A DNA stretch of 64,000 bases from Bugula neritina (lineage: Eukaryota > Animalia > Bryozoa). The DNA is taken from assembly GCA_964035545.1 (NCBI GenBank), contig OZ037767.1, forward strand, positions 19,360,628-19,424,627, read 5' to 3'. Below, piece after piece: positions 12,366 to 27,108 of the stretch. Position numbers and translations under genes: made by a program. A model generated the notes under the pieces. The model did not search any database and was not told the DNA's origin. It saw only the letters and a program-made list of their open reading frames with translations. Numbering within the stretch: the stretch's first letter is position 1; the number at the start of each line of letters is the position of its first letter.

Positions 12366-14559
12366 TGTTTAAATATGATATAGACGTTGCAATAACCTGG
12401 AAATTTAAATGTGTTCCATATAGTATATTAGTCTTCATACTGCCATTGCTGCTTTCAATTGCACTATTGGAGCATTCTGAACTCAAAGTATTTCCCTGTG
12501 TAGCTTTTTGTTTGCTTTTTAAGCCACGGTAGCTGTTACTTCTTATTATACAAAACAAGAGGTGTCTGTAAAGTATACAACTTAAACACATCCAAGACTA
12601 AATGACTTTGATGAGAGAACCCGACCCAATACTTTCTTTTCTTATTTTGATTAGTAAAAATTATTTGTACTGTACATTCGGTAACGTAATAGCTACACCA
12701 GTTGTTACTTTCTTGCTTTGCATAATTTCGTCAGCAGTTAGAAATTCAGAGTTATCTACCCATATTTTTTGTTGCACCATGGTAATCTTCTCTCAAAAGC
12801 AATATATCGGTATATTTGTCAACTTATTCTGAAACAACTCTTATAATAATGGTGAGAATTCTACATTCATGGGTGACTCTAGCTGATGTTGTGAGCTACT
12901 AGATAGGCCTCCTTTTTTACCATTTTCGATCACAAATATATATAGTTATAGCAAAACAATCCTCTTTTTTATATAATCTAATATGAAATCCTATCATTAT
13001 TGAAAATTTTACAGATAGTTTATCAACTTGAAGCAATGGCTACTTAATACTCACATTATAAGTAAAATGTATATGTATATATGTCCTTAGAATGTGATTT
13101 TAGATAATAATATTATCTATTTCTATTTTTATAGTCATATAAATTTCATTGCTGTATAATATACGTTATACAGCAATGTGACTTATAACTATATACACAA
13201 TATCTTCTTATATATTTTTATTAAATGCCAACACTTTGAATTTTACTCATAGACTGCAAAGTTATATATTAACACGATGTGGAGACTATATGGGAATTGT
13301 CCTTTTATGTCTAAATTAGGCATCTGGCACCCCATGGAATTTAAACAAACATTAACTATTTACGCGAATTAATTTAAAGTATTTCATAAACTAAGACAGT
13401 TGTAATAGCAAGTGGCACTAAATTATGAAAAATTGTGTTTTGATAAGTGCACAGATGCAGGCAGCGCATTTATCACATGGCAGAAAGCTATACTGACTGG
13501 TGGAAAGACAAAAAAAACCACATTGATACAAGCATAGAGTTTGAACGCCAGTAGCCTACTCAATTAGCATTGCCAAAAAGATCTAGTATTGAAAACATGA
13601 CAATAATGGGTTAAATTTAGTTGACCAAACTTATATGAAAACAACAAATTACCTGTCAGGAGTCGTCCCCCTTCTATCTTTAGTTTAACTGACAATAAAC
13701 TTCTAAACTGCTTGCAAATCACAAACAATGACTCACGTATATATTGTAATATTATAGTGCATAATTAAAGTTAAAGGCTGAAAAGTGATGCATTTTATTG
13801 TAATATTTATTTACTGATTTCTGTAAAAACATTGTAAATGATATATATATAAACCAGTCTTGCCAACAGTTCTAGCCTTCAGTTAAAAGAGTAGCAGGCA
13901 ATGGATAGATTAAGAGCCAATAAAATTAGAGCTTTTTGTATGTCCCAGACAGTTTCTAAGAGCTCTAAAATACAATCACACCAATCAGTGAAACTGCAGT
14001 TATAAAGACATTAATTGAAATATACAAGATAAAACTATTCAACTGTGTTCATGCCAATAACACTTGGCATACACACAACATAACAGAATAAATGATATAA
14101 ACACAATATTGGCAGCAACCATAAAAGCAGTAAAATTCTAAAAGGAAGTTCTCCATAACCTATAATATTTAGATTATAGAATAATATTTTTAGAAAGTAA
14201 GGGTTAACCAAAAGACATGTTACATAGTAAAGCTGTTTTATTACCCAGACTTATATGTCATATACAAAGAGAACAGCAGCAATTGGTTGAAATGAAAACT
14301 AGTAAAAATATCCTAATTTCATCTTCAACACTCTAGTGTTTATATAACGATAGCAGGAAGTAAATGTATTACTGTGCAGTCAAGAGATAGCCATATTTCT
14401 AGTGAAAGCTATAGTAGTTTTTCATCACGTTCTAATTAGAACCATCAAGTTCTCTGTCAATATCGTGTTACAAAAGCTAAATGCATAGAAAATATGGGAA
14501 GAAAAGATACAAATACTGTACATAAGTAGATTATTGTTTGTATTTTCCTTTAGGGATCT

Positions 14560-16165
14560 TTACTTTGTGGCCTGTAATATATTTTGTAATATTTCTAGCA
14601 ATGCTTCCTTCCCTGCAGGCTTTCTAGCGAATGGTGGATTGCCAACATGGGAGTTGGCTATAAGATAATTTCTTGTTTGAGCAACAATAATAATAAAGAT
14701 ACAGTGGAATTGTAAATATTTTATGCTATATTTTAAGCAAAAGTATAAAGAACCTTGTCTAGCAGGTTTTGTGGTACGAGGAGGGGGGCGGGGAGGGGGA
14801 GCTGGAGACCCATCCATTCCAGACATCATAGAAATCACCAAGCTATCTTTTTCCTTTAGTTTAGCAGTGCCTTCAGATTGCTTTATTGCTTCTAGAACTC
14901 TGTTAACCTTTAGGATCTGGTAAACAACAGAGTTCACCATATTCATATTTTATTCATTGCAAGGTCAAAAAACTCATGGTACTCTTTTCGATAAATGGAG
15001 TCAGTCTAAAGCATTTTGCATAAATGTAGCTTCTAATTTTCAGCTCTCAATTCGTTTTAAACTGAATGAAAACCAAGTAAATAAACACTAAGTAAAGAAG
15101 GTTTAACTTGCAAAAGTAAGTAAAAATATATCTATAAGCACACTGAATATATTAAATCATTTGATCTTACATTTGCAAATATCTATAAAATAGATTTCTG
15201 AATGCCAGTATATGAGGTGTCTGCATAATCACTCTAAAAATAAAATTATATAATGTGGTATGACATAAAATAATAATAACATATGAATATTATGATAAGG
15301 TGTGTTATAAGATAATATACTATAATTATCATAGGTGTCATAATGCTAGTATTTAATTTTTGTTTCAGAGTCTGGAAAAAAGTTATTTGAATGCTGTATT
15401 TAAATTTTTAAATCCAGTTCTGTAAAAAATTATCTCAGTCATAAATAAAACTAAAATGATAGATTTCTCTGTCAGAGACAATGGCTCATAATGGCAACGA
15501 AAACTCGAAATGACAGACATACTGAGAATAGAGTGTATTTAGTCAGGAACCAACCAGTGTCGTATTATGAGCCAGCAGTGATGGATGCTTGCAGGTCACA
15601 CCACGCACTCCTGAGCATATCTCGCAGTTAGGGGGCAGCTAAAATGTCCCCTTATTGGAATAGCAACTATTTAAAAACTTTCCGGGCTATTAAGTATTAA
15701 GAGTAGCATATATACACAAAAAACCTGACTAAATTTCTATAGTCTGAGGTATACTACAGTCTACACTCTACAGTTATGTTAGAGTGAAACTTGAGCAAAG
15801 TCAATTGGACATATGGTTAAATAATATATAGGGGGTACTGTTTGAGCACATGCTTATAGGGTGGGCTTTATATAAGCATATGCTTACAGTTTGAGTACTC
15901 TATACACATATGCTTACAGTGTGGGTTTTCGCTAAGCATATGCTTACAGGATGAATATCCTTTAATCCTGACAAATCTATAATTTGGAAATGTATACCTA
16001 ATAACATGGTGTTATAATTAATACTTCTTTCTAAGTGGTGCACACCTAGTTTAGTAAATCATGTGAAAAAAATGTAAAGGAAAAAATTTCAATACTGACA
16101 GATTTCCCATGTAAGTTGCAGACGGCAAATAAACAAAGTAGCATCATTCGAAGTTGAGTTTTCAT
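14560..16165 (-). pseudogene. pepF: four-exon long-form member; exons 16165-16100 (MKTQLRMMLLCLFAVCNLHGKS), 15233-15171, ~15005-14754 (Pro-rich), 14657-14560 (ANSHVGNPPFARKPAGKEALLEILQNILQATK*)
   Basis: Same 0/0/1 phase pattern and 63-nt exon 2 as pepG; exon 2 has an in-frame TAG (15185-15183) and exon 3 appears 1 nt short; last exon intact. Confidence 0.65.
15835..15950. repeat. ~30-bp minisatellite (core agcatatgcttacag), about 4 copies
   Basis: Direct repeats at 30-bp spacing. Confidence 0.7.
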
Positions 16166-16689
16166 AATGAAGAAACTAGATATTTCAGCACAAACACATG
16201 GAGCTGTTGAACTGCTGCAGGAAGAAGTGTGACACATAAACCAATTATTCTTTCTATTATAGCATGCCATTTAGTGACCTTGGCTACATTCTCACTGTAT
16301 ACATGCTGCCATACTGCAATCATATACGCTGCCATGCAACTTCCTGTTATGATGTAATTGACATATAATTCACATGAATGGAGCGGAGCTAATAAATGCC
16401 TTATCCTAAATATACTACAGCAGCTCAAGCTTAGGGATTATAATGCAAGTATGTTTATCTCAAGTAAAAAACTAGGAAATCTTCAAATATAATATTACTG
16501 TACTTTCTGTCAATTATATGCTGTAACAACAACTGATTTTAATGGTCATGATCATATAAAATATTAGTGTAACCTTGAGATTACCCAGTAACCCCTGTGG
16601 TGTATTGAGTACTGTAACAGCTAGCAGTTTGAAGATTGCTATGTTTTGAGAAAGCAACTCCAATTAACAGTTTTCGTTGGGAAAATAAT

Positions 16690-17165
16690 TTTTATTTGGT
16701 CTCCGCCGGTCGATTTGATCATGGAATGCACCCTATCATTGGACTGAGCAGCGGAGCCTGTGGCTGTGCCGACCAATGTGTGCGTGGCAGTCCTTGTCAC
16801 AAAGGTCACACTTGCAAGTGGACTCCGGTCTGTTGGTGACGGCCTGAGCCCTTCTGCGTGCTCCTTTTAGCCGCTGCATTGAGAAGTTTTTTTTCCCAGC
16901 TGTGAAATGGTATTTTAGTTTGCTCTTCCAACTCATGCAATCAAATGTGACATCTTCCTAGGACGCTGTGTCAATGCCGATAGCCGTCATATCCTTCTTG
17001 CAGGCATCTTTGTAGCGCTATATAGATTATCCTTGGAAATGTTGTGGGTTGAGCATGACCAAGCCAGCGCAGTCTGCGTCCCCTGAGCAGGGTAAAAACG
17101 CTTATGCTTCAATGATTGGGCTTATGCTTCAATGATTGGCGTCATCCCAGTTGACTTTGCTTCAA
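16690..17165 (-). mobile_element. 3' fragment of an RTE-clade LINE
   Basis: RYKDACKKDMTAIGIDTAS*EDVTFDCMSWK...CDLCDKDCHAHIGRHSHRLRC matches the RTE ORF C-terminus with its terminal Cys/His knuckle; absent from duplicate copy 2. Confidence 0.8.
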
Positions 17166-17924
17166 ACTAACCATGTGACATTGAAGTCTTTTATTGTATC
17201 ATTTATATCTATCACCCATATTTAGTGTAGCATAGCAGTTCTTTTGTTATATAACACACAGTTGCATCTACAGCTCAAATTTGTATTCGGAATCTGGCGG
17301 AATTTGCCTCAAAGTATAGATGAAAAAGCTGGACAAACATGTAATAATATATGTTATGGAAAATTCTATAATTATATATAATATGGTTATTGCTATAATA
17401 CTATGAAGAAAATTTGATGTATGTGTTTCAACGTGCAATCACTCCATACTGCGTAAACACAACTTCATGAAGTAACAACACACTAGCTGCTATAAGTATA
17501 TCAGCAATTAAATTATTTAGTTTAATACATTTACATATACGAATATTATAACAAGTGCAACAGCTATAGTGCAAGGCTAATTGTTCACCTCATTCAAGGT
17601 AGAGTAACTTATGAGTTTTATTTAGTGCTGTGTGACCACTGTAGGCATTATTCAATAAGTTTAATAATGTCTTGAATGATACTTGAAGACATTTAACTAG
17701 AACTATAATAATCGTTCACAGAGCTGCAATGTAGTTCACCAAAGTAATGTTTTTTATTGAGTCATGCCTATGATCATATTTAAGGATATTTCTATGTGAG
17801 AACAAAGCGAATGAGTCAATGTGATGAGTCAGCCTTCAGACTACTGTCTCCTTAAATAGGCAGTATGTACAGTATCAGTCATACAGTGAAGTAAGTCATC
17901 TATATGTAACTAACAATGTATATC

Positions 17925-18020
17925 AGCTGTTATTATATAATACACAGCTGCTATTATATAATACACAGCTGTGTATTATATAATATAAAATTGTTACTAC
18001 ATATAATATACAATTGCTGT
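17925..18020. repeat. 21-bp minisatellite (tattatataatacacagctgc), shorter paralog of 60685-60860
   Basis: Direct repeats. Confidence 0.7.
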
Positions 18021-20083
18021 CGTATATGAAGCTGTTAGTGTAAATCCCAAACAGCAAAACTTTGCATGGATGTGGTTGGTTTTGCTTATAGATGTAGTAT
18101 TTCATCGAACCTCACCAGGTCAATGAAGGTAGTTTAAATATATATGAACTTATGTTCAATATACAACATTATAGGGGTGCATGTATATATTATGTTTTAT
18201 AAATCCAAAATACTAAAATTTATAAAATACTTAATGTGCCAATGATTTGTCAAAAAGTTGCCAATAACTTGTCAATTTACTTAAAAGCAAATATTTTAGT
18301 TAATGTAAATGTATTATATAATTCAAAGAATAATGCAACTACTAATATGCTAGCTAACAACAATAGTGATAATATTTTAATACTTATAAAATATATTTTT
18401 ATTTCTTTTAGTTACCCATATAGAATTCGTTGAAGTACTTTATCACAGGCAACTTTTCATGTTAGTAGAATATTATAGCATTGTATATCAATATTTTTAC
18501 AAAAAACTACAAATCTAAATAACATGTAAAATACTTCATGCATGATTTCATTTTCAGCTTCTTTGACAGAACTGCAAAATTCAGCTAGTCACAGTTGGGA
18601 TAATGCCAAAATCTTTACATAACTTACTCACTTGCATAACTTACTCAACCAATGGCCATTACAGATCTAGCCTTGCATGTGTCAGTTTTCTATCGAGTGT
18701 TACTTATTACAGAAACCCAACACTGATCTTAGCTGCAGATTTATCTGTAAATGACTAATTTTATATCTCCTCATTTCAACATTTCAGCCAATGAAATACG
18801 CAGAATGCTGTTCTGTAACTTACAGCTGCATGACCTCATAACGTTTAAAATGCATAGTCAGTAGTTAGAAATATCTTTTCTAATATGCTAATGCATGTTT
18901 ATATCATGTACTCAGTTTGGCAAATGAGCTGTATTATTATATGCTCCCTAAAGTAAATATTTACTTTATGAAACAGATTAAAAACAAAATTCTTTTTATA
19001 TGCAGCCTAAAATCTTGCCACTAAATTCAGCTCGGTAGCAAGTGTATAAAACATTATGCTTTTCCTAAATCTGTACACCATGAGAGTTAATAGAAACCTA
19101 AGCTAAAAATCAACATCATTTATTATAAAAACATTAGAACCGTTTATAGCAATAGTAGGTGTTGGCAACGTCACGCTTTGCATTTCCTATGAAATGATAA
19201 TAACCGACTTGCCATAATACTCTTCACCAAATAGCAGCTATAGAGTTACTATTGTTATTATAGCCATCTATCTGTGGCATACTGTATTTCTGTTCTCCTA
19301 TTAGCATTTCACGTGGAACCCAACATGTGTACAGCAACTGTTTTAGAGGTTATCTCCTCACAAAACTGAGCACTATGGCACAAAGTATAGAAATTTTCCT
19401 GTCACAGCATAGAATTTAAAAGATGCATAAATTAAGACCAGGATAATCCAACATATGGTTAGTAAGTCACTGTGCTGCAATAATAGATTGGGATTACCCT
19501 GGTTTACAATTTTAATTAGGTATTTAATTTTTTATTTATACATAGACATATTATTTTATCCTTTTTCCTGAAAAGCTAGGATTATCTATTACTCATTTCA
19601 CCTAAACATGGACAAATTATAATAACCAATCATTTCCCTTCAACATTTCCTTATAAACATCAATCTCTTTACACACCATCTGTATATTTGATGCACTCAC
19701 TGCATCTATACTATAGTGTATGCAAAGCTGGCTAGCTTGCAGTGTGTGTAATATTAGACCACATTTACATCATACAAATATTTAGCAATGCACGCTTCTT
19801 AATAAAATGATGCATTTATGCTACTAATTATGTATCAATCTATCACTTATGAATAGTTAGAATATTTGTATATGAGCTGAATTTGTGTAATAAATAATGA
19901 TTAAGTACATTAAAAAATTCAATCTAGTTAGCCTAATTTGGCTGCAGATGTTGAGTTTTATGAAAAGCATTTGAAGGTAATTACGACTATGACAATAGAC
20001 CAATGTATACAGTCATCATACTTGATGTCTACAGTTATTGTACTTATATTTACGCATATATAAATATATACGTGTGTGTTTTT

Positions 20084-20572
<489 letters not shown>

Positions 20573-20644
20573 AAGTTTATCGGCTGATGTGTGTAGATAC
20601 ATACTCAAGCAATATATATGCTGCTTACCTGCATTGATTGCTTT

Positions 20645-22195
20645 AGTATAACTGACAATAAACTCCTAAAATGTTTGCAAATCACAAATGATGGCTCATG
20701 TATAAATTATAATATTAGAGTTGTATTGGTATGCCACCAATCCTTAAAGCTTTCTTGCTTTAACACACTCATCAAAAGCTATCATTAGCTGGCAGTGCTG
20801 TTGCTTTAGTTTACTGTCCTTAGCACAGCACAGGCAGTTGTTCTAATCAAACAGCCAAAGAGGAGCATTTACAACGTTATATGAGCACACAGTTATACTC
20901 CAATATTTACACTCTGAATAGACCATCGGTTTTGACATTGGGATGGCAAAGAACTTTATCTATGCATCAATATTGTAAGTTTTACTTGGATTATAATAGC
21001 TAATGTCATTTTGTTTGGATCTGTGCTGTTTTCATGGTGTTTCTCTGACTTTTGATTTAAATTGTTACTTATAGCAGTTTGTACAATTTCTATTTTTCCC
21101 ATTTTTCCATTTGAGAGTCAATAAACTTGAGAACCTGTTGCCAAGTTGGCTAATAGATAACAAATATTACACTCTAAGTCATCCAGACACTGACACAAAA
21201 CCGATACAATAGTTTATAAATAAAGTTAAAGGCTGAAAAGTGATGCATTTTATTGTAATATTTATTTACTGATTTCTGTAAAAACGTTGTAAATGGTATA
21301 TCTATAAACCGATCTTGCCAACAGTTCTAGCCTTCAGTTAAAAGAGTAGCAGGCAATGGATAGATTAAGAGCCGCAATAAAATTAGAGGTCCTTGTATGT
21401 CACAGACAGTTTCTAATCTAATACACTGAGCTCTAAAATACAATCACACCAATCACTGAAACTGCAGTTAAAAGAAATCAATTGAAACATAAAAGAAAAA
21501 ACTGTTCCACTGTGTTCATGCCAATAACAATTGGCATACACACAACATAACAGACTAAATGATATAAACACAATATCGGCAGCAACCATAAAAGCAGTAA
21601 AAGTCTAAAAGGAAGTTCTCTATACCCTATAAGCTTTAGATTATAGAATAATATTTTTAGAAAGTAGCGGTTAACCAAAAGACATGTTACATAGTATAAA
21701 GCTGTTTTATTACCCAGACTTATAAGTCATATACAAAGAGAATAGCAGCAATTGGTTGAAATGAAAACTATAGTCAAAATATCCTAATTTTATCTTCAAC
21801 ACTCTAGTGTTTATATAATGATAACAGGAAGTAAATGTATTACTGTGCAGTCAAGAGATAGCCATATTTCTAGTGAAAGCTATACTAGTTTTTCATCACG
21901 TTCTAATTAGAACCATCAAGTTCTCTGTCAATATCGTGTTACAAAAGCTAATAACGCATAGAAAATATTTAAAGGATTAAGATACAAATATTTTACGTAA
22001 GTTGATTATTGTTTGTATTTTCTCTTAGGATCTTCCCTTTGTAGCCTGTAATATCTTTTGTAATATTTCTAGCAATGTTTATTTTATTGCAAGCTTTCTA
22101 GCAATTGGTGCATTGCCAACATGAGAGTTGGCTATAACATAATTTCTTGTTTGAGCAAAAATAATAATAAAGATACGGTGAAATTGTAAAAATTA
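20645..22195 (+). repeat. Local duplicate of ~13680-14723, interrupted by a ~500-bp insert (~20720-21218)
   Basis: taaagttaaaggctgaaaagtgatgcattttattgtaat and following ~950 bp collinear with 13765-14723. Confidence 0.85.
22025..22131 (-). pseudogene. pepF2: isolated last exon ANSHVGNAPIARKLAIK*TLLEILQKILQATK
   Basis: Paralog of 14657-14560; premature TAA at 22081-22079; upstream exons missing where the (GT)n array lies. Confidence 0.75.
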
Positions 22196-22197
22196 TG

Positions 22198-22804
<607 letters not shown>

Positions 22805-23084
22805 TTTTAGGCATTGGAAGACTTTAAGACTAAACCATATATTCTGTAATGATTTATTTTATTGATACAAGTACTCCTTCTAATGCTAAATAATAAATAA
22901 GTAATGTTACTGAATAAAGAAAATAGGCTAAAAGGCTGTTAAAAATGCTGACTAATTTATTTTCCAACTGGATCTTCCGTTGAATTCTGTCGTGGAAAAA
23001 CCAGTATGATGGGAAAGTCCTACTATGAACAATGCTGATGGTGAGCTCTGTATTGAATATACATAGGGACAGTTGGTTTCCCTA

Positions 23085-23765
23085 ACCCCCTGTTCACACA
23101 TTGCCGCACCGTACGCCGTAACAGCAAATATCCGCCATCTTTGTTCACATCCGGACTGAATCGTATCCCGGTATACGATGCGGCGTTGATCAAGCAGTGC
23201 TTGATTCAAAAAATCACGGCGGGCTCCCATTGGGTAGAGTTGATCTAGTACTAAAATTTAAAGAACATTTTCGCTAGTTTATTTTAATCGCTTATTTTTG
23301 ATTTAATTCAACTAATTCAAAAGTTTTAAAAGATTAAAAAATCCTTATCCGGCTTGTTTGAATTTAACTCAACTTAAAAATCTAGCTTTCTCTAATCACA
23401 AAAGCATGCAAACAAAAAACTTAAATATGATTTGGACGGCTTAAATATTCGTTATTTAAATTAGCTTGCACAGTTATTTTAAAAACAAATATATTAAAGA
23501 GAAATTCTTTTTATGTAATTGCTTTTATGTAGTAAATAGCATTTATATAACATCTTTTGATAAGAATGCTTCGAATAATTTGTAAATAATATCCAAGTCA
23601 CCGCAGACAAAAATTAACCTCATTATGATTGGTCACAACTCAACGGCATGCGCTGTACTTTGCGTCAATGTGTGAACCCCCCCCCCCCTTCACAAAATGT
23701 AACAGTGGCGCCATTTTGTTTGTGCTGTTACGGTTTACGATGCGGCAATGTGTGAACAGGGGGGT
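23085..23765. mobile_element. MITE with ~40-bp terminal inverted repeats
   Basis: accccctgttcacacattgccgcaccgtacgccgtaacagca versus tgctgttacggtttacgatgcggcaatgtgtgaacaggggggt; TA flanks both ends (ctaa/ttaa also possible); AT-rich noncoding interior. Confidence 0.85.
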
Positions 23766-26032
23766 TAATCCTAGAGTTATTAAACTGAGTGATGATTGGC
23801 CACAATCTATTGAATCACCTACAGTAGCCTATAATTATGCAAACATATGAAGTAAAAGGAAGAAAGTTGCCAAATATATTTATTTGACTAATAATAGCTC
23901 AAATTGTTGCATTGCATACTGTAATGTTTCCTCGTTGCTAGAATATCTAAAGAAAAAGCTGGTATTTGGTAGCTTGTTAGGCAAACACTCTAACCCCTAG
24001 ACCACCGCTGCTCCCTTCATCAATTCAGCATGTGAGCACACACACCAAATTTATTAGAATACAAAATTGCTTCAGCACACAACCTTAAAATAGTATGTAG
24101 AGTATGTAGATATGAAAGCTAATATATATGTATGAACATTCTAATGCTGCATAATATAAGTAAAGTGTGCCAGGAATTCTTTAAGCAATAAGAATTTCCG
24201 TGGCTCTTAAAGATGATTATCTCATAACTGCATCAATTAACTGATTGTCTTGTGTCATCCTGGAGTACTATATATTTGCTGTGTCTGAAATAACTCTCTC
24301 TGTCGTCATTTGTCACATTTTTAACCTGTAAAAGCAGCCAGTTATAATAAAGCATTATTTGAGTCAATCATATCAAGTGTATGGCTGCAGTGTTTATGGG
24401 AGCCTAATGGTGTATAAACACTGCATATAAGAATTATAAGCAATTTTTATCTTTGTAGATTGTGTTACTTTAATTACCCAAATTACTTGAGAGCTAGGGG
24501 GAAGGGTGTAACTTAATGGTGTTATCAGCAGTGCTATTGGCTACTTCATTGCATGCCTGTTTACCAAACTATTGGCTCTGAGCCAATTTTGTGATTCAAC
24601 AATTCTTTTATAGAAAGTTTGAAGTAATTGCATGGCAGATGCTACTATATACAGCATTAAGTTATTTATATAGACCAAATGTTGTGATGATTGGTTAGTG
24701 GCATGGTACTGTACGTACATGTATTTAGTGTAGTAAAACTAGTTTATGTCTAGTATATCATTACAGCCATATTACATCAGCTCACACATACCCCATAGCA
24801 TTACAAATGAACATTCAACATTCTTCAACAAATCTTTTTGACGGAAATTATATAGATAAATTTAGTATGGCGCATCAGCTTGATTATGCTATTATAGAAC
24901 TTTAGAATGGTACGTGGTGTAATTTAATGAAATGTACAGCTATAGAAACATGTGTAGGTTACGCTAGCAGCTTTTGTAAAAATAATGTTTAAACTAATTT
25001 AAAAAGATTTAAACTATAATTAAGTTATTATTGTTTTGTTTTGGGTTTTATATGATATTTTTAGGAAGCCAAGTGTTGCTCAAAGTGTTGAATAATTAAA
25101 GACAGTTTCAAAATCTCAAATGCAAATGGTTGCATGATAACATACATATATGTTTACATATATGTTGATTATAATCTAGTACTCCTTTCCTTCTCCTTCC
25201 TCCCCCCTCCCCCTCCAGTTTGAACGTTCATCATGCTATATCAGCTCAACAGCCCCAAGTCTTGTCTGCTTTGATTCCATTTGCTCTATATTCACAATTG
25301 AGGGATAGAAGGTGTCATTTCGGCTCATTGAGTCTATAGACTATCAAACATTGTTTTTACTTTTGACATTTTATTAGCATATTGATGACTAATTTAATAA
25401 ACTATCAGATAATATACTTTGTAATGAATGTATAGATATTTGGCAACTTTAAACTTTGATCATGACTGATACAATTAGATATAAAGGAAAGTTTTCCCCT
25501 TTAATCATGTTGACGACATATTCAATGTATCCACACATTTTATAGTGTCCATATGTTATATAAGCATAAAGTTTGTGTTTGAGATGTGCATCATGGTAAA
25601 CAATGCTTATGAATAAATTACCTTAAAATAATTATTAATTATTATTTATTGCATTGGCGCGGAGGGTTGATCAAGCCCTTCATTAACATTATGTAAAAAG
25701 AATTGCCACGTAGACACTTATATGTCATAGTTAAAGTTATGCAATGCGTGCAATAGAGCTGAAGGTTACACAAGTATTTTATAATTTTAATAGTTTAGTG
25801 ATTAATAAAATATACATTGTTTGGATCCCATTTATTTAAAATGACTGCATGTTGTCTGTTATTACCTATATTATTGTGAATTCTATTTACTTTTAAGTAG
25901 TTTGATTTTCTGACATGATGGCATAATCATAATCCTTGTGTCCCAACATGTTGTGCACAGCCAAATGTTGAAACAATCACAAAAATGTTGTAACATAATG
26001 TTTGGATTCACAGTAATAGAGCTCCTATTGAA

Positions 26033-26121
26033 TTGCGCAACTATCTGAAAGCTAATCGAATGAAAACGCTATTTCCCTGTTGACCAGTATAAAAGTAGCT
26101 GGCACTAGGCTGTCAATCATT
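26033..26121 (+). promoter_or_regulatory. pepG1 core promoter: TTGCGCAA (26033-26040), TATAAAA (26088-26094), Inr-like TCATT (26117-26121)
   Basis: TATA-to-Inr spacing about 30 nt; ATG about 90 nt downstream; motifs retained in the duplicate (30406-30413, 30461-30467). Confidence 0.6.
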
Positions 26122-26209
26122 CTCAAACATTCAGTCGGACTAGTAGTAACTAGTAAACTAAAGACCGGAGCTCATTTCACTGGTTGTAGTAACTACAATA
26201 GCTAGTAGC

Positions 26210-27108
26210 ATGGAGATTAGAGGCCTGATATTGTTTGCTTTGTCAGCAATCTTCTACATAGAAGCCACCTCGGTGAGTTTCAACAGGTAGATTATAGAAA
26301 TATTCAAACTTGTCACTATAGCAATAAAAATATTTTCATCTCTCAACTTGAATTTGAATAGTTTTTATTTCTTTTTCAGGATCCAGTTGTGGCTACCCTG
26401 AAGTTAGATATAGGGAAGTTAATTCCTTTATTTCTCTCACAGGTGAGTTACAATACTCTTTGATTTGAAACTTTAAAAAGTGCAAAAAGTTAAGATCTTA
26501 GTAAACATAGCAGCTCTCTTAAAATCAATCTGCCATAGAATGCTGCATTCAAAACAAAATCATAAGTTGAGGAAATGCTTCAATTTGCAGAGTTATATAA
26601 TTGCTTTTCATAGATTTTAAAGAACTCAACCACCTTAGAAGTGGAGATTAGAGTCAGTGATTTTCAATTAAAGAATGACGACAGTCAAGTTTCATCAACA
26701 ACTAGTTCTTTGGTTGACCTTACGACACCGGCAGCACCTGTAGGACCTCCAGCCCCTCCACCACAGCCACAGCCTCCACCAGCATTGAGCAGATCTCTTA
26801 GATCAGCACCAACAAATATAACTAGCCAATGTGAGTATGCAGTGTATAGCTTTACATGCATCTAAGAAAGTTTAAGCTTTTTAATGATTTGACGCAGCTT
26901 TAGTAAAATTGTAAATAAATTTGATTTTTGCACAGATGGTGTGTACAAGTATTTATATTAAAATTATTAGTGTTTTCACAGTCATTGCAATATATAGTCT
27001 ACATATTTTCTTTTAGCAAAGTCATTTGTTGGAAATCCACCAATTGGAAGGCGAAGACGCAGTCTAAAGAACAACAAAAAATTGAAAATTCTTTTTGCCG
27101 GTTTCTAG
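26210..27108 (+). CDS. pepG1, 144-aa secreted precursor: MEIRGLILFALSAIFYIEATS|DPVVATLKLDIGKLIPLFLSQ|ILKNSTTLEV...PPALSRSLRSAPTNITSQ|SKSFVGNPPIGRRRRSLKNNKKLKILFAGF*; exons 26210-26272, 26380-26442, 26614-26830, 27017-27108
   Basis: Consensus splice sites (gtgagt donors), open frame across four exons, signal peptide, Ser/Thr/Pro-rich spacer, G-RRRR motif; indels versus the duplicate preserve frame. Confidence 0.9.

Noticed and set aside
12346-13140. Additional degenerate peptide gene suggested by ORFs 12346-12591 and 12602-12832 and a gtgagt donor near 13050
   Set aside because: No consistent frame, signal exon or motif; frames not conserved in the duplicate.
14560-14946. 128-aa single-exon ORF from the track
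   Set aside because: It reads through a 96-nt stop-free intron (14658-14753) joining two pepF exons.
22950-25345. Exon-like minus-strand segments (~23815-22950 across the MITE, ~24325-24235, ~25343-25185)
   Set aside because: Plausible acceptors but stops, no recognisable domain and no coherent model.
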